Assembly: GCF_018977255.1 (NCBI RefSeq)
Contig: NW_024704742.1
Location: 14,820,001-14,884,000 of the forward strand
Source of the DNA: Callorhinchus milii
Lineage: Eukaryota
Length of the DNA: 64,000 bases
Reading direction: 5' to 3'
How positions within the stretch are numbered: the first letter of the stretch is position 1; the number at the start of each line of letters is the position of its first letter. Shown here in pieces: positions 14,160 to 29,220 of the stretch. A program made the position numbers and the translations under genes. The notes under the pieces are model-generated. The model saw only the letters and a list, made by a program, of their open reading frames with translations, was not told the DNA's origin and did no database searches.

Positions 14160-14630
14160 GTAATAATAATGATCCTTGCATTTGATATAGTGCCTCATCA
14201 TGGTGTCGAGACACCTCAAAGAACTTCATTTTGAATTTGTGACGATGTATTTCGTAATCGAATGCAGCAGCCAATTTGCACACAACAATGTCTTACAAAC
14301 AGCCATGAAGTAAATGGTCAATTTTATTTGGGGGATTGTTGGCCAGAACACCAGGAGAAGCTCGCTTCTCTTTTTGAAAGAGTACAATTGGATCTTTAAT
14401 GTCCACTTGAATAGGCAGACAGGACCTCAGTTTAATTTCTCATCCAAAGGGCAGCACCTCTGACACCTCCAGTGTAGTACATCCCCAACAACAATAAATT
14501 GCATTTATGTAGCCTCTTTCATGTCAGGGGAATATCCTAGCACTTTCCCAGCACTTCATTGAAGTGTCAGACTATCTCAAAGTCCTGACTTGGGACTTGA
14601 ACCCACAACTTTCTGACTTACAAACTGAGT
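14160..14630 (-). mobile_element. Deu-domain type tRNA SINE with a short L2 tail inserted at ~14487-14545
   Basis: Reverse strand reads ...GACATTAAAGATCCAATTGTACTCTTTCAAAAAGAGAAG...CTCCTGGTGTTCTGGCCAAC..., resembling the Deu-SINE central domain. Confidence 0.7.
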
Positions 14631-15509
14631 GTATTGTATTTTTAGATTGTTTGATAAAAAGCAGTGACATTGAGCTTAATAAATCTAATATAAAAGTCAA
14701 ACTCAAGCTATACACAATGTAGGTACGTTTCACTTGGCATGAATGATGAATCACAATGAGAAAAGCTCTTTATTTATTTAAATACCAGAGGCCTGGCCAA
14801 ACTACACTTATTATTCCCCAGGAATTTTCTGTTTTTTGAGAAAAAGTTCACTCAAAGGTAACTATTGCAAAGAATATGCTTCCTCTGTTTCTTCAGTCTG
14901 CGTTTTGTGATAAATAATTATCTCTAAATGGATGTGCTGCAAGAAAGAACATTTTGAAATGTGAAACTAAAAACAAAACTAGCAATGGCAGTTGCTGATG
15001 ATAAAGTGAGCCCTGGAGCAAACAAAATATTTCAAAGCTGACTATAATTCAAACAGCACGCTGCATTTCTTAAAATAGCAAAAAATACTGCAGTCCATTT
15101 ACCTCTTGGCTTAAGGTTGCCTCTGTTAATCTAATTATTGGTTAGCAATGAATGGATGCCTGTGCCTGTGATATCCTCATATAATTCTTTATTCCAATAA
15201 ATACATTCACATTGAAATAGATGAAATGTTCAAAGACTGATGACCTCTCTCATGATGTGTTGTTCTATTAAATGCCATCTCCCAAAATCTAGAACACTCT
15301 TGGGTTTAAAGGTAAATATTTATTCCTTTTTTATAAATGTTTTATCAAAACTCAATCAACAAAAAATAGTATTGTTATATACAAGCCATATGTCAATGAC
15401 AGAGAACAAAGTAGAAAGGAATACAACATTATTATTATTATACAATATTATTATTAATTGTTTATATAATATAATAATATTATTATTGTGGTCACAGCCT
15501 TAAGATATC

Positions 15510-15790
15510 TACCAAAAGAAGCAGAGGGGAGGTTAGAAGAAATTGTTTCACTCAGAGAGTTGTTGGAATTTGGAATGATCTGCCTGAAAGGGTAGTGACG
15601 TCCGATTCGATAACAGCTTTTAAGAGAGAACTGGATAGGTATCTGGGGAAGACGGGTTTCCAGGGTTATGGGGAGAAAGCTGGTGATTGGGGTTAGTGAA
15701 AGTGACTTGCTCTGTCAAAGAGCCGGCACAGACTCGATGGGCCGAATGGCCTCCTTCTGTGCCGTAACATTCTATGAATCTATGAATCTA
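15510..15790 (+). mobile_element. CR1 LINE 3' end
   Basis: RNCFTQRVVGIWNDLPE...FKRELDRYL, then GGGCCGAATGGCCTCCTTCTG and (TCTATGAA)n terminal octamers. Confidence 0.85.
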
Positions 15791-16485
15791 TAAACATCTG
15801 TAATGGAATTGTCAGCAGTGTATGATAGAAAGAAAATATCTAATATATGGAATTTAAGTAAGATTAAAAGGTGGCTGACATCTACCAGAGAAGCTACTGA
15901 TTCAATTGCTAAAATCTGGACAGCTAATGAGTTCCTTATTAAAATTGGTGGTCAAAAGTTCATAGTACGGAATCAGAGTACGGAACCTACTCCTCAAATT
16001 ATGCTGCCAAAATAATTTTGTCTGCTTTTTGCTTATGAACGGAACTGTTTCCAATGAATTATGTGATGATTTGAATAGATAATGTGAGGAGCATGGCTGA
16101 GATTCAACCCATGACATAACTGGTGCAACAATCCACTGGAAACAAGGAGGACAAGTCAATGTTAGCAATGTTAAATCTATTGATTCAGGATTCTAAACCT
16201 TTGAACATTATGATTTTTTTTCCAAACAAATTTTGTTAAAAATTACAGATAGACTGGTGCCCAATGACTAAGTGGACAAATGCACAATAAAATGTCCATG
16301 TGTCAGACTGATCAAAAAACAAATGCACAGTGTTGTGTGGCTTTGACCCATACACAAGAGAAAAGTGATATGTTTCTGTTCTGTGCTAAGAGTTAAGAGT
16401 TTTTACTTACCTTTTCAAACACTTGACTTCTGTCCCTCTGACGAGATATTGAGGTGAAATTCATGATGTTTCACATGCAATGTGG

Positions 16486-16850
16486 TATCCTGTAGTCCTG
16501 TAACTCAATGGTTAGAGCACTTGCCTCGCAAAAATCTGACCTGGGTTTGATTCCCAGCAGGGCAAAACACTGGGCAAGTTGCCTTACTCCACACGCCTCT
16601 AGCAGTAACTAGGAACTTGGTTGGTAGTGGATTGGCAGATCGCTTTTCTGGGGATAACAACCTTTCAAAATTAAAAAAAAAATTTGGTCCCTTAATCCAC
16701 AATTGTTTGTGGGACACTGCTGTATCTAATTGGCTGCTGCGTTTCGCCCACAAAATACACCGTTAATTCACTTTACAGTATTATCTGTGAAGTACTTTGA
16801 GACATCTCAAAGAACTGATAAGGCGCTATATCAAATGCAAGAATTATGAT
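16486..16850 (+). mobile_element. tRNA-derived SINE, long variant
   Basis: Head GTCCTGTAACTCAATGGTTAGAGCACT; tail GGCGCTATATCAAATGCAAGAATTATG. Confidence 0.85.
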
Positions 16851-17039
16851 TCTATTAAATGCAGTACTAAACTCTGCAAATTTAACATATCGAGATTATT
16901 TCCCAAGAGTGAATTCACAGAGTATTATGATGAAGCAGAAGAAGTGACTGAAGTCTCCTGAGCAATGGCCAACACAAACAGATGAGTCCACAGAGAGCTC
17001 GGAACTGCTGCACTTAAAAAGATAGTTTTGAATGTGACC

Positions 17040-17395
17040 TACAACAACAACAACAACTCCACGCCGGACGGCGTCTCCGAGCGCTTCACAGTAACGGATC
17101 CCAGTGCCGAGCCAGGGGAAGGGGGAGGAAGGTGACCAAATGTATGGTCAAAAAGAAAGGTCTTCAGCATAAACCTGAAAATAGGAAGAGAGGGGGTGAG
17201 GCGGAGGGAGTGAGGAAGGGAGTTCCAGAGCCTCGGGACATAGTGGCTGAAGGTACGGCTGCCGACGGTGGAACGGAGAACTCGGGGGACAAGGAGGAGG
17301 TCAGACCCGGAGAAACGAAGTCAACTGGCCCTGTTTTGAGGAAAGAGGAGCTCAGAGAGGTGGGGTTGCAGAGAAGTGGAGGGATTTAAAGACCT
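17040..17395 (-). mobile_element. L2 LINE 3' fragment
   Basis: (CAA)n end and GGAGTTCCAGAG...GGCTGAAGG (reverse strand: AFS..APxLWNSL). Confidence 0.7.
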
Positions 17396-20339
17396 AATAA
17401 TATCGAAAGCTCTTCCCTCAAAGTGGAGACTATTTAGTGAATCACATTTCTGTTTTTATGTCTTTTAAGGATAAGATCCTGTGGGTGATGTTACCACTCA
17501 GAATTTTACCCATTAAGGCATTGCTTTGGCCCAGTATTGTTTACGCTGCAGATAAAAAAATTATTTCACTGTTCTTAGCACTGCAAACTTAATGCAAAAG
17601 TGGGTGAGATCTAATGAAGGATCTAACTGAAATGACTTGTTTTAAAAAAAAGACTGTGGAACTGTCCAATGCAACAAGTCCCAGTGCAACATTTATTATG
17701 CTTTGTCTGGCATGAACCTCATCAAAAAGTAAGCAACATTAATCTGAACGGGAGAAAGGCTGCCTGAAAATTCCAAACTCACCCACTTAAATTAATGGGT
17801 TGAAGAACAAGCATTTGTAGTTTGGAATGAATGGGGTGATATAGAAACAAATGTGTTTTCCTAAGCAAAGGAACAATGATGTGTTATTGAAAGTTGTGTT
17901 CTTATTTTGTGAGTTATAATTACAGTATTTGTAAGACTGCTTTATATTAAAAGTTCACTGTATCTCTGTAACTGAAACTGACGAGATATTGAGGTGAAGT
18001 TCATGGTGTTTCGCATGTAATGTGTTATCAAATCAAATGCAGTACTAAACCCTGCAAATTTCAACACATTGAGATTATGTCCCAAGAGTGAATTCACAGA
18101 GAGCCTTATCATGATGCAGAAGAAGTGACTGATGTCCCCTGAGTTGTGAACAATGGCCGAAACAAGCAGATGAGTCCATAGAAAGGCGCTATACTAATAT
18201 AAATTGTTGTTGTTGCTAGTTCTCATTTCTATTCTATTAAAGAAGTCTGTTTTTCGAAATTCAGTTCAGCTTTGGATGTTGGAAATCAAGTGTAAACATG
18301 ACTAAAACAGAAAAATAAACTTTTACCACCCTTCCACTCTGCTGTTGCTTCTCTGAGGTATAAACAGTAGATTTATACACTATATCTGCCCATACCATTA
18401 TTTAGAATGCAGTTCCAACCATTAGAAGAGAAGTACTCCTGTCGGTGAAATTGCCTTGTTTATACTTTGGGCTGGGTTTACCAATAAAAAGAGAAAAACA
18501 ACCCTTTGGCAAACTTCCTATCTCTCATCCCATCTTCAAGTGGTTTCAATGGAACTTTTTCCCATATCTGCATCCTTTCCACTTGTTCCAAGAAGGAGTT
18601 GTAAAAATGCCGTTGTGCTCATGGGTGATATGGGTGTACTTTTTTGATACCACTTTTCTAGTTCATCTTTAATTAGTTTAAAAGAGCCAGCTTGAAGTTG
18701 CTTTTTCCAAATGGTCTAAATTTGTAACACATTTTACAGCAAACTGATTCACTTAATGTTTTGCAAGTATAAATAAGTCATAAGAACATAAGAATTAAGA
18801 GCAGGAGTAGGCCATTCGGCCCCACTAGCCTGCCCCGCCATGCCCGCCATTCAATAAGATCATGGCTGATCTATTCTAACTCCACCTACCCGCCTTTTCC
18901 CCATATCCCTTAATCCCTTTATCTACAAGAAATCTATCAATCTACAAGAAATCTATCAAAGTCATTAGAAGTTAAACCACTAAGGCTTCACTTACCAGTA
19001 AAAATATACCTTCCAAAATCTGTTTGCCTGCAGTTGCTTTTTTGCTGCAAGAATTTAGCATACAATAGTCTTTTTAAATAAATTGTACAATATTGGATAA
19101 GTGAATACTTTGCATGAACCTTTTTAATCTGTGTGCATGTCATGCTTAATAATTAAGACCAATACAGAACTCATCATGAATGATTCTTTCAGTGAACTAC
19201 TATTGTTCATCATTTGGGTGTCCCAGACTGTGTTGAATTTTAAAACTGAAACCAGCTGTTTCCTTGCAGACCTAGCAAGAATTATTACCAACCGCACTGC
19301 TATCAATGAACATGTGCAATACCGAGATACGATATTCCATCTGTTGGCAACGAATGTCTTATCGTCATTTGGGAAATGGAAGTCTGTTGGTGATGAGGCA
19401 GTTCATTCCCAGATCATTGGTAATTTATTGATCTAAAGCGCATCTAAATTAAACTGGTCAGTAAATTGAATTATCTTGATAGGTGAGAATCGAAAGTCCC
19501 AAATCTTTCATGGTCTTAACTTTAAGATTATTGTCTTTGTTGTTTTAAAATTTATGATTGCGCCAAATTTTAAAAAAAACTCTTCAATTTGGTCTTAACT
19601 TAGAAGCTGGCATTCTAAAACCAATTTCCAAATTAAGACTATGCAATATTATTGCTCTAAAATGCACTTCCTGCCAAAGCTTATTGAAATTACTATGGAT
19701 TGGAGAACAACACAAATTTTTAATGACTGTTTGCAAATGATGATGTAACTTCAACATGTGATCTAAAGATTCTTAACTTATCATGTTGCATTACATATTA
19801 AAATTTCAGACTCTCTCCAAGGTTTTGTCAGTAAATGCCGACATTGATCATTGATGACTTCAATTTTTGTGACTTGGAAAATGATTGTGACCAATAACTT
19901 TACAGAGATTGATCTTTCAAATGTGAGAAGGTGATTCTCAGGCATTTGAAAGGATGCCATCTTTAATGTATTCAAAGGGTAACTTATATGTGTTCAAGGA
20001 GACTCTAAGGTTCATTTCCTTTGTTGATTTACAAGGTGTTGTGTGTCATGTTGCATCGCAACAGTCTTATCTCCTTAACATTTATTTAAGATTTAGATTT
20101 TTTTAATGAATGAAAGTCATTCTGACACAGTGGTAGCACTCTTGGCTATGAATCAGAAGGCTGTGGGGTCAAGCCCCACATCAGAATTTGGAATCAGATT
20201 AACTGAAGTGCTGTCCTTAAGAAGAGACATTAACACAAGGTCCCATCTGCCTTTTCAGATGGATGTTAAAGATCTCATGGCACTGTTCGAAAAGAGAAGG
20301 GCATTTCTCCCAGTGTCTTGGCCAACAATCCGCCAAATG

Positions 20340-22500
<2,161 letters not shown>

Positions 22501-23269
22501 AAATGGTCATTCCCAATAAAATTGGTCATTCATTCCATGGCTATTTGTGGGACATTGCTGTGCATTTTGCCCACAGTATATCCTGTGAAGCGCTTTGAGA
22601 CATCTCAACGACTTGATAATATATCAAATATAAGAAATATTATTGTACTGTCTTTGCTCATGCCTAATGTCACAAACAAAATCAATAATCCACTAGATTA
22701 TTTCCAAAGCAGCCGATTCAACATTATTACCACACACATTTTTTCTTTCCTAGAATCAGGACAGCTTTCTGAATGAATCTCGTATCAATCACTCCACTGA
22801 TCTTATAGGAATGTTCTCGTAAGCAGCTTGACTCCTTTACATTTCATCGTTTCTAACCCCTTAAAGGAATGTCGAAAATGTAGCACAAACATTGCAATGA
22901 CATTCTTAATATCTTATCAATATATTGAGACTATTGTGAAATCCTGTCTTGGGAATACACATGAACACAGATGACATTCAGCAACCTCACCAGGATTTAT
23001 GCCACAAGGGGTGTTTACTGAATTTGCAGCAATACAGTCCACATTGCTATTGCAAATCTTCTAGATCCAGATTAAAAAGTTATTCACCTCATGGCTGTTT
23101 GTGAAATCTAGCAAGCATAATTAGCTGCCACATTTCAAAAACAGTCACTGCACTTGACAGTAATTATCTGTGAAGGGTTTTGAGGTGTTTTGGCATGGTA
23201 AAGTGCTTAAAAAGATTTCAAATTCTTCTTCTAAATCATGTCGAAGGGCTGCCTTGCTAGTAATGTTAT

Positions 23270-23525
23270 GTTCACTCTTCAGAGGATTTGGCAAGAGATT
23301 CCAGGATGTGGAACTCTAGAACTCTCTCCCCCAAAAGGCTACAGATGCTGGATCCATCCATACCTTCAAGGGTGAGGTTGATAGATTTTTGGTAGGACAA
23401 GGATCAAGGGATATGGGGAAAAATCGGGAAATTGGAATTGCCATTAGTTGAGGTACAGATCAGCCATGATCTAATTGAATGGTGGAACAGTCTTGAAGGT
23501 TGAATGGCCTACTCCTGTTCCTATG
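23270..23525 (+). mobile_element. CR1 LINE 3' end fragment
   Basis: NSLPQKA...FKGEVDRFL; CAGCCATGATCT...GAATGGCCTACTCCTGTTCCTATG. Confidence 0.75.
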
Positions 23526-23559
23526 TCAAAAGAATATGCAGAGCAAAGTTTGCCTACAA

Positions 23560-24570
23560 GAGTGCAGCCTGAGGATAGTCCACATCAGTTAAAGACCACT
23601 CGATGCACCACAAATAGACTGCACCAATTTATAGCCTGTATCTGCACGAAGCCTGCAGCTGTACAATAAACATCCAAACCCACAATTTTCACTGAACATT
23701 GCTGTGTGAAGTATAATGGTATGCAAAGTATTCTCCATCATTGTGAGGAAAGGCTCCCTTGTTAATGGCTGTGAGAATTAATGCTTGAAATTTCACATTG
23801 CTGAGACCCTATGACCCATTACCTTAACATTTGATATTGTGCAGAATTTGGAAAGCAATCTTAAATTCAGTTTTTAACTAAACTGTGGAAAAACAGATTT
23901 TAAATTAAGACTGAATCTAAGACTGTTTTCCAAATTGTGCATAATTTTAATGGTTTTACTTTACAATTGTAATGCTGTGAAACTCTATCCTGTGTGAACG
24001 GTACTGTCTCAATACAAGTGTTGTTGTTATGTTGTTGTCTCACGGCTTAAACTTTGGCTGCATCTGGGATGCTTGTTGCATGGAGAAAGAATTGGGTCCC
24101 ATTCACTGTGGAGGTGAATTCCCAATTACCTTCTGGACATATTGAGAAATCTACCATTGATGAAGCATCAAGTACATCCAGTATTGTTCAGTCTGCAAAA
24201 ACAATTGGTCCATCATGGTCAGTACACAATAAACACTGTATTTATTGCTCAGCCCTTTCCACAATTGTTTGGCAATCGACTCGTAGGAATAGAATGCCAT
24301 GAAGCAGGTTAATTATTACCTTACAATAGCTATAATATTGAATTGGCTTAAGACCTGGGGTCACTTCAACCTCTTAATTGCTACTGGTTCCAAAGTGAAA
24401 TCACCAGTTTTAACCATGTCATGTAGCACAGAACTTTCCTTCACTACGCTCTAGTCTACAAATAATCCAGAGTTACAGCTTTGGTGGCTTGTTCTTGAAA
24501 TGCTGATCACTGTAAAAGTGTTTCAATAGTCCAGGAGGATGGATTCCCATTTCCTCAGTCTTTTGTAACT
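23560..24570 (-). mobile_element. Very decayed non-LTR reverse-transcriptase remnant (possibly RTE clade)
   Basis: Faint ordered traces of NGKAPG, KGDxxxxxNYR, RQIxEK and PxLF motifs across frameshifts. Confidence 0.3.
23836..23945. repeat. Imperfect ~45-bp-arm palindrome (MITE-like hairpin)
   Basis: GCAGAATTTGGAAAGCAATCTTAAATTCAG...CTG is near reverse-complementary to CAG...CTGAATCTAAGACTGTTTTCCAAATTGTGC. Confidence 0.7.
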
Positions 24571-26101
24571 CAGCTGTTATTATAAACATATATAACCAGA
24601 GTCATATATTTCTGCTTCATCATGCATATATGCATATATAATGCTTCATCAGTTATTTCTAAACCAATCTGTCACATCAAAACTTGCTTCACTCTTGTGT
24701 ATTGCCCCTCTGCTGACATCTTGGAGCTAACCATTTCTTTTTTGCTCAGTCTGACACAAGCAGAAACCCATCAGAGCTTTAGAGTATCCAAACCAGACTG
24801 AGAGTTCCACATATACATGCCACACACACATAGAAATTTCCTTGTGTCTGGAATGTGTATCTTTTCCCTGGAGGGAAACACTCTGCTTGCCTAATTCTGG
24901 AGAATGTTAGGCACAAGTTGATGAGAACCAAGGCATGGGATCCCCAGAGTGTATTTTGGGGTACTGCTGGAGTTCAAGCAGCTAAAACCTCATAGCTTGC
25001 CATTGAGAGGACTGTCTGATATGCTTCCTGCTACTTTTCCAGCGAGGATCACTCTATCCCACAAGGGTTTGGGCTTGCATTAACATCTGCTGATTGGGAA
25101 GAGTCTCTGCTGCCAGTGACTGATCTGGCACTTCCAGCCCAGCTGGCTGGTTTGTCATGAGTAGTGCTCTGGAGTCCTGTGGACCTGCCTGGCTCAGGAA
25201 CCGGACTGCCGTGACTCTTTGAGTCTGCATACTCAGATCATTAATATTTATAAAGAACAGGAGGGAGTCTCAAAGCAGACTCCTGAGGCACCCTGCTTAA
25301 CACCTCTCCCTCACATTTTTATGTTTACTTACAAACAGCAGGGAATAAATACGTGAATGGGAATGAATTTCAAAAGAGAGGGAGAGATGTTGAATGTATT
25401 TACAAAGATAGCTGAATTGGCACAGGACATCTACAATAAATGCAGCTTCTGGCTTTATAAATGGAAATAATAATAATAATCCTTGCATTTGATATAGCGC
25501 TTTTCACGTGTTCTAGACATCTCAAAGCGCTTAAATATTTATAACTCAAGTTAATAGTTAACTGCAAACAAAGATTCCAAAGTAAATAATATTCAAACAG
25601 AAATACTTTTAAGCAATCTTTGACACACAAGTACCAATGGTTAGGTATTCCCAAATATAAAACATTATTTTATAAAATGACCACTATGGGGCATGGCAAG
25701 TGAAACTCTTGGTTTTTTTGCCTTATAAACCAACAACGATATCAAATAAAAGATCTGGTCAAAGCAAACCTGAAGAACAATTCTGGACAATTATCTAACA
25801 CGGCTAATGAGATATCAGTTAGAAAAAAAAACACGTGTACATTTACATCCTGGGAGTGAGCAGTTTGCAGCAAATGATGAAAGACCAAGCCAAAGACGCT
25901 GCATAAATATTTTGTGTATTTATATGTTTGTGTGTGTGAGGCTGAAAGCCAGTCGAAAGTGTTGGCAAATCCCGATCCATGTTTTGAAGATGTTTCTTGC
26001 CTCCTCGTTGAGTGCTTGTGGCTTTTGAAGGGAAACTCCTCAGTAGCTCTGAGGTAAGAGCAGTTCACTGCACAAGTCTCAGGGAAGCTTGGAGACACCC
26101 A

Positions 26102-29100
26102 GCTGACTGTGCTGGGCTGGGCTGTGCTGGGTTAGGCTGGACTGGGCTGTGCTGGGCTAGGCTGGGCTAGGTGTGCTGTGCTAGGCTGGGCTAGGCTGTG
26201 CTAGGCTGGGCTAGACTGGGCTGGGCTGTGCTGGGTTAGGCTGTGCTAGGCTGGGCTAGACTGGGCTGGGCTGTGCTGGGCTAGGCTGGACTGTGCTGGG
26301 CTAAGCTGGGCTGGGCTGGGCTGTGCTGGGCTGTGCTGGGCAATAGGCTGTGCTGGGCAATGCTGGGCTAGGCTGTGCTGGGCTAGGCTGTGCTGGGCTA
26401 GGCTGTGCTGGGCTAGGCTGTGCTAGGCTCTGCTGTGCTGGGCTAGGCTGTGCTGGTCTGGGCTGTGCTGGGCTAGGCTGAGCTTGTCTGGGCTGGGCTG
26501 AGCTAGGCTGTGCTGTGCTGTGCTGGGCTCTGCTGTGCTGGACTGTGCTAAGATGTGCTGGACTAGGCTAGGCTGTGCTGGGCAATGCTGGGCTAGGCTG
26601 TGCTAGGCTGTGCTGGGCTAGGCTATGCTGGGCTAGGCTGTGCTGGGCTAGGCTGTGCTAGGCTCTGCTGTGCTGGGCTAGGCTGAGCTTGGCTGGGCTG
26701 TGCTGTGCTGTGCTGGGCTAGGCTGTGCTGTGCTGCGCTGGGCTATGCTGTGCTGGATTCGGCTGGGCCGGGTTAGGCTAAACTGTGCTGGACTGTGCTG
26801 GGCTGGGCTAGGCTGTGCCGGGCTGAGCTAGGCTGTGCTGGGCTGAGCTAGGCTGTGCTGTGCTGTCCTGGGCTAGACTGTGCTGTGCTGGACTGGGCTA
26901 GGCTGTGGTGGACTGGACTGGGCTAGGCTGGACTGGGCTAGGCTGTGCTGGGCTATGCTGGGCTAGGCTGTGCTAGGCTGTGCTGGGCTAGGCTGGGCTG
27001 TGCTGTGGTGGGCTATGCTAGGCTAGGCTGTGCTGGGCTGGGCTAGGCTGTGCTGGACTGCACTAGGCTATGGTGGACTGGGCTCAGCTGTGCTGTGCTG
27101 GACTAGGCTAGGCTGGGCTGTGCTGGATTGGGCTGGGTTAGGCTGAACTGTGCTGGGCTGGGCTGTGCTGGGCTAGGCTATGCTGTGCTGAGCTGAGCTA
27201 GGCTGTGCTGTGCTGTGCTGTGCTAGGCGGTGCTGTGCTGGACTGTGCTATGCTATGGTGGACTGGGCTAGGCTGGGCTGGGCTGGACTAGGCTAGACTG
27301 TGCTGTGCTGTGCTGGACTGGGCTGGACAGGCTAGGCTGGGCTGTGCTGGGCTAGGCTGGGCTGGGCTATGCTGGGCTAGGCTGTGCTGGGCTAGGCTGT
27401 GCTGTGCTGGGTTAGGCTGTACTGGGCTAGGTTGGGCTGTGTGAGGCGGTGCTGGGCTAGGCTGCGCTGGGCTGTGCTATGCTGTGCTGGGCTGTGCTGT
27501 GCTGGACTGGGCTAGACTGTGGTGGCCTGGGCTAGGCTGTGCTGTGCTGGGTTAGGTTGGACTGTGCTGGGCTGGGCTAAGCTGTGCTGGGCTGTGCTGG
27601 GCTATGCTGGGCTGGGCTGTACTGGACTAGGCTGTCTGTGCTGTGCTGGGCCAGACTGTGCTGTGCTGGGCTGTGCTTGGCTAGGTTGGGCTGTGCTGTG
27701 CTAGGTGGCACTGGGCTAGGCTGGACTAGGCTGTGCTGTGCTGGGCTAGGCTAGGCTGAGCTGTGCTGGGCTAGGCTGAGCTAGTCTGTGCCGTGCTGGG
27801 CTAGATTGTGCTGGGCTTGGCTGTGCTGGGCTAAGCTGTGCTGGGCTGAGCTGGGGCTAGGCTGGGCTGGGTTAGCCTGGGCTGGGCTAGGCTGGGCTGC
27901 CCTGGGCTAGGCTGTGTTTTGCTGGGCTAGGCTGTGTTGGGCTGTGCTAGACTAGGTTGGGCTGTGCTGGGCTATGTTGGGCTGTGCTGGGCTAGGCTGG
28001 GCTGAGTTAGGCTGAGCTGTGCTAGGCTGTGCTGTGCTGGGCTGAGCTGTGCTAGGCTGGACTGGACTGTGCTGGGCTAGGCTGGGCTGAGTTAGGCTGG
28101 GCTGAGCTGTGCTGGACTGTGCTGTGCTGGGCTGAGTTAGGCTGGGCTGAGCTGTGCTGTGCTGGGCTGTGTTGTGCTGGGCTGTGCTGGGTTGTGCTGT
28201 GCTGTGCTTGGTTGTGCTGTGCTGAGCTGGGCTGTGCTAGGCTGGGCTGAGCTGGGCTGGGCTGTGCTGGGCTGTGCTGGGCTGTGCTGTGCTGGGTTGT
28301 GCTGTGCTGTGCTGGGTTGTGCTGTGCTGAGCTGGGCTGTGCTGGGCTGTGCTGTGCTGTGCTGTGCTGGTGGCTGGGCTGGGCTGTGCTGGGCTGGGCT
28401 GTGCTGGGCTGTGCTGGGCTGGGGTTAGGGCTGTGCTGTGCTGTGCTGGGCTGGGCTGTGCTGGGCTGTGCTGGGCTGGGCTGGGCTGTGTTGGGCTGTG
28501 CTGTGCTGGGCTGGGCTGGGCTGTGCTGTGCTGTGCTGGGCTGGGCTGGGCTGTGCTGGGCTGTGCTGGGCTGGGCTGGGCTGGGCTGTGCTGGGCTGGG
28601 CTGGGCTGTGCTGTGCTGTGCTGGGCTGTGCTGGGTTGTGCTGTGCTGTGCTGGGCTGGGCTGGGCTGGGCTGGGCTGTGCTGTGTTGGGCTGTGCTGTG
28701 CTGGGCTGGGCTGGGCTGGGCTGGGCTGGGTTGTGCTGGGCTGGGCTGTGCTGTGCTGGGCTGGGCTGGGCTGTGCTGTGCTGGGCTGTGCTGTGCTGGG
28801 CTGGGCTGGGCTGTGCTGGGCTGGGCTGTGCTGTGCTGGGCTGGGCTGGGCTGGGCTGGGCTGGGCTGGGCTGTGCTGTGCTGTGCTGGGCTGGGCTGTG
28901 TTGGGCTGTGCTGTGTTGGGCTGTGCTGGGCTGGGCTGGGCTGTGGCTGGGCTGGGCTGGCTGGGCTGGGCTGGGCTGTGCTGTGCTGTGCTGGGCTGGG
29001 CTGTGTTGGGCTGTGCTGTGCTGGGCTGTGCTGGGCTGTGCTGGGCTGGGCTGTGCTGTGCTGGGCTGGGCTGGGCTGGGCTGGGCTGGGCTGGGCTGTG

Positions 29101-29220
29101 CTGTGCTGTGCTGGGCTGGGCTGTGTTGGGCTGTGCTGTGTTGGGCTGTGCTGGGCTGGGCTGGGCTGGGCTGGGCTGTGCTGGGCTGGGCTGTGCTGTG
29201 CTGGGCTGTGCTGGGCTGTC
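26102..29220. repeat. ~3.1 kb pentameric satellite (GCTGG/GCTGT/GCTAG/GCTGA)n
   Basis: Directly visible 5-nt periodicity, G-rich on the + strand; ends ~300 nt upstream of the PDE5A ATG. Confidence 0.98.

Noticed and set aside
15180..16200. Possible additional RTE-like RT traces (also ~19100-19450) and Penelope-like ends (~5200-5300, 36805-36900)
   Set aside because: Motif similarity is too faint to support by eye.
26102..29220. A true immunoglobulin switch region or Ig locus
   Set aside because: No V, J or C exons are recognisable in the window and the adjacent gene is PDE5A; only compositional similarity is claimed.
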